Source: Camelus dromedarius
Taxonomy: Eukaryota
Assembly: GCF_036321535.1 (NCBI RefSeq)
Contig: NC_087437.1
Location: forward strand, 81,098,001-81,162,000
Length of the DNA: 64,000 nt
Reading direction: 5' to 3'
Positions 1-10,621 of the stretch are shown piece after piece (positions within the stretch are counted from its first letter, which is position 1; each line of letters begins with the position of its first letter). The translations under genes were made by a program, and so were the position numbers. The notes beneath the pieces are model-generated. The model did no database searches, had not been told where the DNA came from, and was given only the letters and a program-made list of their open reading frames with translations.

Positions 1-59
1 CGACAGATTAATGAAAACCCCGTAATAAGCCAATATTTGGGAAACCACCGACCAACGTA

Positions 60-180
60 ATCATTTATTTTACAAATGAAGACAACCTAAGGCAGAGAGA
101 TTTAGTTAACTTCCCCACATTGATGACAGAGCCAGGGATGTGGATCCCAGGTTCCTGACTTGAAATCTGTGTTCTGCCCT
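60..180 (-). mobile_element. MIR SINE fragment
   Basis: attttacaaatgaagacaacctaaggcagagagatttagttaacttcccca resembles the reverse complement of the MIR core. Confidence 0.65.
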
Positions 181-255
181 GTTTTGAACTAAATCTTAGG
201 AGTTATGTTCTGGAGTAAACATGTGAATGCTACCCTTCCCTTGAATAAAATGGTT

Positions 256-305
256 TCTTGTAAAGATCATAAACATTATCTTGTAAAGATCATAAACATT
301 ATCTT
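256..305. repeat. Perfect 23-bp tandem duplication
   Basis: tcttgtaaagatcataaacatta at 256-278 and 279-301, followed by tctt. Confidence 0.97.
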
Positions 306-567
306 AATCTTCACATTTTCCACAGAACGTATTTACTCTGTGTGTGTGTATGTGTGTGTAGTTGATCAATATAGCTAGCTATTTATAGGAAAAGGAAATT
401 TTTTCTTAAATAAGAAATCTCTTGTTACATGTCTCACACCTATTTGCATACATAACCACATACTTTGGTACAGAAAACAAGATCCTGGAAGAGTCTTTCT
501 TACTTTTTAAAAGTTTAGTATAAAGTTTTAACAATTGTTAATGAACTTCTCCTCCCTACCCCTTCAT

Positions 568-736
568 GACTATGTTCTTTGGGAAATCAATTACCTTTGC
601 TAAGCCTCAGTTTTCTCATCTGTAAAATGGAAATCATGATAACTCTCTCATTGCATATGAGGATTAAATGAGATAAAAGGTGCAAAGCTTTTAGTAAAGG
701 CTCTGACATATAACAAGTATTCAGAAAATCTTTAGC
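568..736 (+). mobile_element. MIR SINE
   Basis: MIR core gcctcagttttctcatctgtaaaatgg...tgaggattaaatgagata. Confidence 0.85.
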
Positions 737-1899
737 GAGTCACAGAAAGGTGAGTCAATACTGAAAAAATGTGCACACCGAATAATATGTGATCTTGTGT
801 CCAAACCATCCTGCGAACCTCTCGGAGGCTGACAAATGAAGTGGCACATTCTTGGCGAAAGGTGGGGCCCGGGAGTTAAGCATTGCTCTACAGGACAATG
901 AGAGAAGCCCTCTACTGTCTTCCAGCCTGACCTCTCTCAACCCAGCGTTTGATTGTCAAGTTCAAAGGCTGTTTTCTTCTACGGAAAGCTGCACCTTTGT
1001 CTGAAGATCAGCTTTTCGGCGGGGACTAGTAAAGCCTCCTAGACCCTCCAGGAGAGAGCTGCTCGAACCTGTGTTTTGGGAGGAGAATTAGACCATAACA
1101 CACAGGCCTTGGAGAAGAATCACCGTGTTGTTTTACACCCTCAAAAGCCCCTGTGCTCCAGCTACCTCTCAGATTCTTTATTCTTGGCACCATGGAACTG
1201 TTTTTTGTTTTTTTTTTTTTTCTTTCCTGGCATCCAGGCTGAAATAAAAACCACAGAGAACAATGTGTGGTGAAAGGAACCACAAAAGCTTCTGATGGGA
1301 CATGAGGGGCCTGACACACCTCTTTGCAGAAACTCTGGTGTCCTGAAGGTTGCAGTCAGCCAGAAGGCAGAGGCTACTATTTCTAAGCAGCTCTGTCAGT
1401 CCTCCTGAGGTAGGGGTCAGGGAAACCACAGAGGAACATTCCAGATACAAGTGTGATCTGATGGCCCCGAGGGCATGAGGCTCTTGGCTGCGATTCTTGG
1501 CCGGTGCAGAGGGAAGAGGCAGCTGGCTTTTGGCCTCAGGTCTCACCTGGCAGCGTAGAGATCTCTGATTCCAAGGATGAAACAACCCAGGCAGATGATA
1601 ATAGTAACAAGAACGCTCGTAGCTATTAATAACTCTTACCATTATAATTATAGAGGACATTCTCTGAGCTCGTATTGTTTGTGGTAATTTAGGGCTAAAT
1701 ATTTTGAATGTGGAAAACAAATTAAATTATTGAAGTTCCCCTATAAAGCTGGTGTTTTATAACTCTCTGTTTCCAGAGTATAAAATTGTGCTTCCGAGTA
1801 TTTAAGTGGTTTGCTCAAATTCACACAGCAAGCAAGTGGCAAAAATCTATACCACTAATTTCTGTGTAATTTCAGTTCCATGCTCTACGTAAAGATATG

Positions 1900-2230
1900 T
1901 CAATTTGTTCAAGTAACAAACTATATTCCAGGGATATGCAGAGCACTGAGGCTGGGAAGACACGGCTTGATACGTGTCTTCAGGGAGCTCTCTCTGGTTG
2001 ATGGAGGAGACAGGGATGTAAAGGTGTAATTACCATGGAGTGAGATCATTCTCAGATTTGGCTAAAGCAAAAGAACTTTAAGAACCAGAAGGACCCAACT
2101 CAGACTGGAGGGGTTGAAAATTACAAGAGGATAAGGTACCCAAGTCGAAGCCTGGGGGACAAATAGACACTGGGGCAAGGAGGAGGTTAGTGGAAGGTTC
2201 TTCCCAGCAGGGAAAACTGCATGGCCAGAG
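1900..2230 (-). mobile_element. L2 LINE 3' fragment (degenerate)
   Basis: atttgttcaagtaacaaactatattccagg...cttcagggagctc...tggaggagacag resembles an antisense L2 3' end. Confidence 0.5.
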
Positions 2231-3529
2231 CCCAGGCTGCCCCCAGGGGCCTGGGCTTAGCAGGTGTTAAAGTACTCAGAGGGGAAGCCAAGGCCGAGAA
2301 GTCTGCACAGGATGCAACTATGTGTCTTCCTTGCCCCCCTCTGCCTTGATTCCCCAGGCTGGTTACAAAGTAGAAACAGAAGGTTGCCTTTGGAGTAGAG
2401 GGCTCTTGTGTCTTACTCTAAACTTTCCCAGCCACACACTTGGGGTCTATCTCTTATTCTCCATCCTCCTAACCTTACTTTGTCAAAACAAGAAGGTATC
2501 ACTCCAGTGGCCCTGTTCATTTTTCCAAAGCGTGGCTGACACTTGCAATGGGCCAGGGAGGGTCTCTACCATCTTAGGGCAGGGAGGTTGTGGGGAGTGC
2601 CAAGAACTCTGGTGGGCAGGGTTCTGCTTTTATTAGAGTAATGTATTTATTGTAGGACTGTATTAAAGAGTTTATTGGGGAAAAGTGGTTTCACTGCTAA
2701 ACAAAAACAAGTTTGAAAACCACAGGAGAATTATTTTAGCATCTTTTAGAGTTCTAAAAATTTTTTTGCAGTTGTATTGATTTGTCTGTTCAGGCACTGT
2801 TTATTGAGTGTCTACTAGGTAAAACTGAATGAGATCCAGCCCCTGCGATAAGAGAAATCTGTATTAGGAATGTAAAAATTGATCAAGTATAATTTTTTGA
2901 TGGTAAGACTATCATTTTTAGAATCCAGTGCTTAAAAATAAGGTTTCTCTGTGTTAATTATATGTTTACTAGTTTAGTTTAGTCTTATAGACTACGTCAG
3001 GCTATGAGATACTGAATATTAAGGAATTTTAGTCTCTTTCTCTCTCCCTCAAAAGTTAATGGGGTACAGGGTAGCACTGGAGAATAGAGTGATTCATCCA
3101 TGCTGTACTATAGAAAAGACAGTTAAAATGTTTTTATAGGTTAATGTGAGTTGACAGAATAGGTGTCCAAGACAAAAGTGAAGTGTCTAACGAAAGAAGG
3201 GCCATTAAAGAGATGTGAGCCACCATTCTATCTGGCTCACCATCCTCAGAAGATTTCCCCTTTGCCTGATTCCTGATTGCTATTTATGAAAGTAGGTATA
3301 AGAGAGATAATATTGAAAGTAAACTGATGAACTTAATAAAAGTGTACATGTAAAATTAAAAATTGGTAAGATAATCTAATGTGAGATGTTACTAGCATAG
3401 TAAAATAAAAAGATAAAAGTAAATAGTATCAGCCAAACAATGAACATGGCAAAAATAGAAAACCAGTGGTTTCATACATACATTGTTAAAATAACATTTA
3501 AAGACTATGATAACAATTAACCATATTAC

Positions 3530-4290
3530 TCTGTATCAGGCTGTTTAATGCAAAGTGCTTATATGAACTATCTCATTTTAACCTGATATCTATGAAATAT
3601 ATATTATTATGCCCACTTCACAGATGAGGAACTAAGCCTAAGGAATATGTTAGTTATTGATTGCTGTATAACAAATTAAGACAAGCTTAGTGGTATAAAA
3701 CTACACACATTTATTATTTCAGTTTCGGTGGGTGAGGCATCTGAGTTTGGCTTAGCTGGGTTCTCCCCTTCAGGGTCTTTCACAAGATTGCCACAAAGAT
3801 GTTGGCCAAGATTCAGGTCTCATCTGAAGGCTCAAGCGAGGAAGGGTTTATTTTCTTTCTACTTTTTTTTCAAGTTCTTTTGGCTGTTGGTAGAATTCAA
3901 TTCCTTCAGGGTCCTTGGTTTGGGGACCTCATTTCCAAACTGGCTATTGGCCAGGGGTCACCTCTGTGCTTTGCCACACTGGTCTCTCTATTATGGTCAG
4001 TGCTTCATCAAAGTGTATAAGCCTAGACGTGTGTGCAGACAAGATGGAAATCACAATCTTATGCAGCCTGGTCATAGAAGTGACAGCCCATGCCCTTCAC
4101 CATAGTCTACTGGATAGAAGCAACTCCCGGGTCCTGTCATGCAGGTGGACTGCACAGAAGCAGGAGACGGGGATTACTGGGGGTTATCTTAGGGTCTACT
4201 CGCCACAGATTGGCCAATAGTTGCTTGAAGTCACATGGCTAGTAAGTGATATAGTGGAACTATGGATACAGGAAATCAAACTCCAGAAAA
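3530..4290 (-). mobile_element. MIR split by an MLT1 LTR insertion
   Basis: cccacttcacagatgaggaactaagcc before 3646 continues after 4207 as ...ttgcttgaagtcacatggctagtaagtg. Confidence 0.7.
3646..4207 (-). mobile_element. MaLR solo LTR (MLT1 family)
   Basis: tatgttagttattgattgctgtataacaaatta...cttagtggtataaaactacacacatttattat ... cttagggtctactcgccaca, typical antisense MLT1 ends. Confidence 0.85.
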
Positions 4291-4971
4291 TATACCAGTT
4301 TGAGCATTAACACCTCATCCAATTCCCACAGAATTCAGTCTTTGGTGACAGGTGCCCAGTAGGCAAACTGCCAATTTGTCTGGCACTACAGTTGGAGTTG
4401 TTTGTAGGAAATCACCGAGAGTTGAGATAAATATCGTAAGGGTATGAAGACTCAAGGTACACACTCAGCACCCAACATGAATCTTATTTTCTGTATATAC
4501 GAGTCCAGTCAATGCCTAGATTCCTCTCTTGATTTCCTCTGTGGTACATCAAGTGTGGTCGATCCATGTGGAACAGTATGCAAAGTAAATTCCCCCCAAA
4601 TAGAAGCTTGCTTTCTTTTTAAGACTCAGGTGTCATCATCTCTTAAACAAAAGAGATAACATAAGACAAAACACAGTTTTTCTTTAACAAAATGTGCAGA
4701 TACTAAGCAGCTAACACCTGTGAAGTTGATGATGCAGTCCTCATAAAAATATACTTCTGAAATGTCACTGAGTGACTTTTCTGGCAAATGGAGGAGTTGT
4801 TATAAGGTTGAATTAAATTTGTGTTTAGAGGAAGAAAGTATACTCCTAGCAGTGGATGTGATGGTGATAACTAGATAAACTAAAGGAGCTTCTTTCAGAT
4901 CATTTTTGGTGTTAATTCCTCCATATGCTCTGGGAATCAAAACACAAAATTTAGGTTGTAGACAGAATATA

Positions 4972-5145
4972 TTCTTTTTTTTTCTTGATTGATTGATTTA
5001 TACACCTTTGTTGTGGTATAGTTCCTGTGCAGTAAACTGTATGTATTTCAGATGTACAACTCAATGAATTTTGATAGATGTGTACACCCACGAAACCACC
5101 ACCACAGTCAAGACAGCTGACATTTCCATCACTCCCCAAGAGGTG
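4972..5145 (-). mobile_element. Old L1M 3'-end fragment
   Basis: T-rich tail, then gtacaactcaatgaattttgatagatgtgtacacccacgaaaccaccaccacagtcaagac. Confidence 0.75.
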
Positions 5146-5524
5146 AAACTTTTGAATTCCCAATCTATCCCTTCCCACCTGCTTGGTTCCCACCTGGTAA
5201 CCATAAGTTTGTTCTTTATGTCTGTGAGTCTGTTTCTATTTTGTAGATAAGTTTATTTGTGTCCTTTTTAAAAAATTCCACGTATAAGTGATATATGATT
5301 TTTTTTTTCCTTTCTGGCTTACTTTACTTAGAATGACGATCTCCAGGTCCATCCATGTCCTGCAGATGGCATTATTTTATTCTTTTTTATGGCTGAGTAG
5401 TGTTCCATTGTATAAATATGGTACAACTTCTTTATCCAGTCATCTGTCGATGGACATTTAGGTTGTTTCCATGTCTTGGCTATTGTATATAGTGCTGCTG
5501 TGAACATTGGGGTGCATGTGTCTT
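5146..5524 (-). mobile_element. Younger L1 fragment (ORF2 C-terminus plus part of 3'UTR), tail end missing
   Basis: Near-identical to 10830-11200 and 30350-30740 (ggtaaccataagtttg..., ggctgagtagtgttccattg, ggacatttaggttgtttcc). Confidence 0.9.
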
Positions 5525-6164
5525 AACATGAACCTTGTAGAATGTTTAATACTAGAGTACTCTGTGGATTTTTTTCTCTAGCCCACAGTTTCTTCTTGTG
5601 TTGGGATGGTCCCAAAGGCCTGGAAGGTACATAAGAAGAAGGATAAACTTCAAGGTCTCAGGCTACTTTATAAAAGCTCTGTGAACAGCAAGATTGAATC
5701 AGGACATACTCTGCTGCTCAGAATTTTAGCTTGGGTTGCCCACCAAGAAGCTTCCACAGAGAGATCTTTATAGCGTGTTGTAGGTTTCCCTGATCTAACA
5801 AAACCCTGACTTATATTCCTAGTGATTTTGATAGAAATTTGAGAGTTTAAAGCTAGAATGAAGTTTTCAGGCCTTCTCAATACAGCGAGCTATGAAGTCA
5901 GCTAATGTCTCTCGCTGTGGGATTCTGTAGAAGAATGAAAAGATGTGATGACTTCATAAACTTTCATGACTTTTCTCTAATCAGAGACTCTACATTTAAA
6001 ACCCATACACTAGAAAATCAGGCCAAATCCACCCACTCCAAGTGCCTTCCAGTCAGATTAGAAATTAATCTTAAAGAAAATTGGGATCTAATTCAGGCTT
6101 CATCTGAGACATAGCAATTCAGTGTTTTCTTTTAAAATAAATTTAGCTCTGCATGCAAGTACCA

Positions 6165-6322
6165 TAACATCTAATCTCAGTAGTTGTAACCTGCACATTA
6201 GAATAACTGAAAGTTTAAAAAAATTTCAGTCCTATTCTGCTTCCTTGCTCAGTTATGATTTAATTGGTCTGGGATGGGAGAGTTTTAAAAATTCCTCATG
6301 TGGCCCAAACTAAGAACTACTG
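6165..6322. mobile_element. MER5-like hAT-Charlie fragment
   Basis: gtagttgtaacctgcacattagaataactg...gatttaattggtctggg...aagaactactg. Confidence 0.55.
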
Positions 6323-9300
6323 ATCTATGGGTTTTGAAAATTTGCAGTGCTTGATAAATCTTTCTGGATGAGTGCAGGGTAAAATTTAAAAGTTGCAAAT
6401 GAATTATTTTGCTGTTTGAGTTTTAATATCAACTTAAAGGTGATTTTTATTTTGTGCTACTTTGTTCCTGAATTATTTGGAAAAATTTTGAGACTTCCTT
6501 CTCCAGCTACATAAGAAAATGTTTAAAACTGAGATTAACATTTGTTTTTGGTGTTAGACGTAAATTCTAATGTATGCTTTTACACATCTCAGAGGCTAGG
6601 TCTGAGAAGTTGTGGCTAATTGTGTTTTTCAGGACTGGACTTAACATTGATTTAGTCTGTCATTCAGTTAACTTAAAAAATCATCATATTAGGATTATAA
6701 GGCAGATATTTCCTGCCTTCAATGAATTTGAAATTAGTTCTGTTTAAGACTAATACAACTTGGCCACTCAAGGGCCATTTTCTTTTAGATGAAGCTGTTG
6801 GTGTCTTAAATTCTTTATCCTTATGAAACAACCAAAATTTGCAGGAGTTAAGCTCTCCCACTGTGCCATGCACTAGTTTAAAATGATATAGATGCACATA
6901 AAGAAGAAAAAAAAATTCATGTCATATGTGAAGAAAAACAAAGCACCTCATAATCCCCATCAATGTAAAATACAAGAGTTAAACAAACATTCAATAAATT
7001 GCCCCTTTCAAAAGGTCCGGATTATGTGAATTGCCTTTGGAAATGGTATCTTTAATTGTGCATGTTAACCATACACTCCAGCTCATCTTCTTTCTGTTTT
7101 ATGTGAAGGATAATTTATGAGCACCTAGGATGAGTTATGATCTGAAAGGTCTTTGAAGTGTATTCCACCATGTCTCCAAAATGAAAGGTCTCTCCTCGCT
7201 GAGTGGAGAATGGACCCCTGCTAAGATGAAGCTGGGGTACATTGCTTCCAACAAGAGACGAAAGGGCAGTTTCAGATTTCCTTTCTCGTTCAATGCCATC
7301 CTTTGGTTTTTCCATTGTTGGCTGATAAGTAAACATTCTGGTTTTCCAAGGGCCCTGCTGAGAGTCCACTGTGCACACATGTGTGTGTGTGGGCGTGCAA
7401 GCCCTAACAGGCTTTCCTTTCTGGGAGCAGCAGATTCTGTCATTGAAGGAGGGGTTGGGGTGGCTGCCAAAGTCATGCTGGCAGAGAACTCTGGAATTCA
7501 ATCCTGTTACAGATACGCCGGCAGGGGATACAGGACAGAGTTTCCATCTCCTTTCACTTTCCCAGATGGAGTTAAAGTGTCTCTGGCCAGTAAGTTTGGA
7601 GTAAGGGATCAGATGATCTGAAGAATGGCTCCACCCTTCCTCTCCTGGCTCATCCTCTTCAAATACCCCAATGATCCTGTTGTCACAGAATAATTCTCTA
7701 ATTACCAGAACTAGAAGGAAAGTGATGCTTGCCATGTTCTGCCATTGAGGTTTACCCTAAACTGTAGTTTCATGAAAATTGGAGGATTAAATATTGGAAA
7801 ACAGGGCTAGTGGGTAAAGTACAGGAGTAAATGTGAGCCAGTCAAGAGTGACCTGACCTCTCTGAACATCAGATCTGCTTCCCTGCAAAAAGGGAATAAT
7901 AAAAAAATACCCATTCTATTTTTGGTTTCCATTAATAAATAATATTAGGGTGATTTTGATGGATTTTTGGCAGTAATTTTCCAAACCTAAGTAAAAAGGG
8001 ATGAGAAAGACCAGCCACAATTTTGAAAACTCTACCTACCATCACAGCTAGAGAAAGATCTAGGTGCTCTTGTCTCCCGGACACTTCCTGAAAAGAGGCA
8101 GAGCTCAAAGAACGCTCGGTGGCTGGGTATCAGAGTCTTGTGTGTCTGGGCCCGTGATGTGTCAGCCTCACAGTGACCCAGGGCCTGAGGAGGAGGACCA
8201 GGCACTCTGGGTTTTTTTAAACACAATTCTTGCCATCAGCAGCTCCTGTTCCCTTGTCCAGCTCTCCCGACAGGGGTTTGGAAGCTCTTTGTCAGAGAAG
8301 ATTTACCTTTTATCGTGAAAGATTTGGGAGCACTTGGTCAATTTGTCCTCCACATATGTTTGGGATGCAGTTCTGTGTGATCTGCCTCCTCCCCGATGCC
8401 TGCTGCAGTCTGTCTGGTCAGTTCTCGGGCGTCAGGTTGGTCTGATCAGATGACTGATCAGTCCTCTCAGGAGACTGCTTTTTTCTCTGCCTGCCTTCGT
8501 TTTGTTCCTAATCCTCTTTCCCTTCAGCCTCCTTCTCTCTCTCTTTCCTTTAAAATTCCCTCCTTTCCCCGTTCCCCATTCTCCCAACACCGTAAGAGCC
8601 CCCAGAACATTCTCCTGGCTTCCACCCCCCACCTCTGCTGCTGGCCGCTTTGGTCCTTGTCCTCACCTCACAGCTGACTCTTCATCTGTTTGGATTCAGC
8701 AGGACTCATCCCTTTAAAAGACAATGCACACTTTTTATTTTTTTCAAGGCAGGAATGTCATTCTAAATGCTCCACTTAATTGAAAATATTGTGACTTCCT
8801 GCTCATTTTTCTTGGCATCAGCAAGCTTGCAAAATGCACAAACTTACATTAATCTGATAAACTCTGTGCATGTCAGGTAGGACGAACTATATCCTATGTT
8901 AACACCACGGTTCATTCGTAGATGCTTTTGAACATGATGCACGTTGCTCTGTCCCTTGAAGTATGGCAACAGCATACGTGTGATAAAAGCCAGGTACTAC
9001 AGTGTTCTTTTGTAAGGTCACTTTTCTCTTTGTTCCTGGATTTTTGTCCTGTGGAAGTGGTTGGTGTTTGATATTTTAAAGAACTTGCAGAGAACTTGGC
9101 CTTTACCAGTGGCTCGCAGTGGACCTTAAGTTCAAATGCCATGTGTCCCCTCATTTGACTGGTAGCCAACATTGCCATGAAACTGAGCTTCTGTGTCAAC
9201 TGTCCCCATGAAATGTGATCCTCTAACTGGCAACTGGATTCTAGCTGCAGGCATTTCATACCATTTCCACATACCAGGCTCCCTCTTTGATCTCTGTTTC

Positions 9301-9689
9301 TCTGGCTCTCTCTTTCTATTTTTCTTTGCAGTCCTCAACAGATGACTTCCAAATTTTCCTCTCACTCTGACAGCCCTCCCGTTTTCTGCTCTCATGTCTT
9401 TTTCCCGTTCCCATCTTTGTGCCTGGAAGACCTTCCACTGTCTATGCCATAGAAACTTGATATGTTCTCTTGGCTTGTTCAACCGTGACCCACAGTAATA
9501 AAGACTAGGGGAAGAAATATACATACAGGTATATAAATTTGGGCTTCCAGATCCAGGTGTGTGTGCTTACACATGTATGTGCCATGCTGCACTATTGTGC
9601 TGGTTCTCCTTGTAATACAAATCAAAAACAAATAAATATGAAAAAGATGAAAATCTGAGAATGGACAAAATTTGGTGTTATGCACCACT

Positions 9690-9822
9690 GATTTTTTTCA
9701 TATAACTCACATTCACTTTTCCTTATTATAAAATATCTTACCTTAGTGTATTACATTTGTCACTATTAAGGAACCAGTATTGATACATTGTTATTAATTA
9801 GTCCATACTCTTTTCAGGTCTC
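9690..9822 (-). mobile_element. Old L1M 3'UTR fragment
   Basis: tacatttgtcactattaaggaaccagtattgatacattgttattaattagtccatact. Confidence 0.6.
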
Positions 9823-9824
9823 AA

Positions 9825-9942
9825 GTTTTTTTTGGAGGGAGAGTAATTAGTTTTGTTTTTTTTTAAAGTAGGTTCTGGGGATTGAATTTAGGACCTCGTG
9901 CATGCTAAGCACATTCTCTGCCACTGAGCTGTACCCTCCCCC
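9825..9942 (-). mobile_element. tRNA-Ala-derived camelid-type SINE (vic-1-like)
   Basis: Reverse complement GGGGAGGGTACAGCTCAGTGGCAGAGAATGTGCTTAGCATGCACGAGGTCCTAAATTCAATCCCCAGAACCT... plus AAAACTAATTAC tail. Confidence 0.88.
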
Positions 9943-10621
9943 CACCATCGATGTTTTGATTGACCAACATACTGGTATTAGTGTGGTTTAGGGTTTTGCT
10001 CTCATGCAGAACAACCTAGTTGCAAAATTCTTTATAAACAGCCTTTCACTGGAGCAAGTGATTGTTTTTGTTAACCTGTTTGGGGAACAGTAATTCAACT
10101 TAAAAATATTGATATTACAATTGTATCACCAGACTAATAAAAAATGTCCTTGAATCACTTAAAGAAGTAACAATACGTCATATTCTAGGTTAGTCAAAAC
10201 TCCTTCTCCACATACTCTTGGCAAGAAATCCCTCTCCCACAATTTTTCGCCAACATGTCAGTGCTTTCTCAAATATGTTCAGGTGCCATTCTCAGCTGTT
10301 TACAAAGAACACCGTTTAGTTTTAGGCGACCCTAAATTTGCCAGCTGAATTGCATTATATAGCACTTGTTCTTAATCAGCCATTCAATCCAAGCTTCTGT
10401 TTTTACTTATGTCAGAAAATTAAGACAACAAGTATTTACTGTAGTGTTTTCCAAAGTCGTCATAACCCATGGCTCACATGTCATCTGTGAGGTTTTTGTG
10501 GTGTCCCAGAAACATCCGCCTTGAACACTCCTTTTCATGGCCAGAGGTTCATAGGCTGCAAAGGAACCACAAATATTAACACTAAATAAAGTCCCTGTAA
10601 ATTATGTTATCAAATCATTTA

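Noticed and set aside
747..755. Consensus donor AAG|GTGAGT as the end of ABI3BP exon 1
   Set aside because: Upstream sequence is MIR-derived and does not encode the ABI3BP signal peptide.
1178..1720. 180-aa minus-strand ORF
   Set aside because: Non-ATG start, runs through a T/A homopolymer, no recognisable homology.
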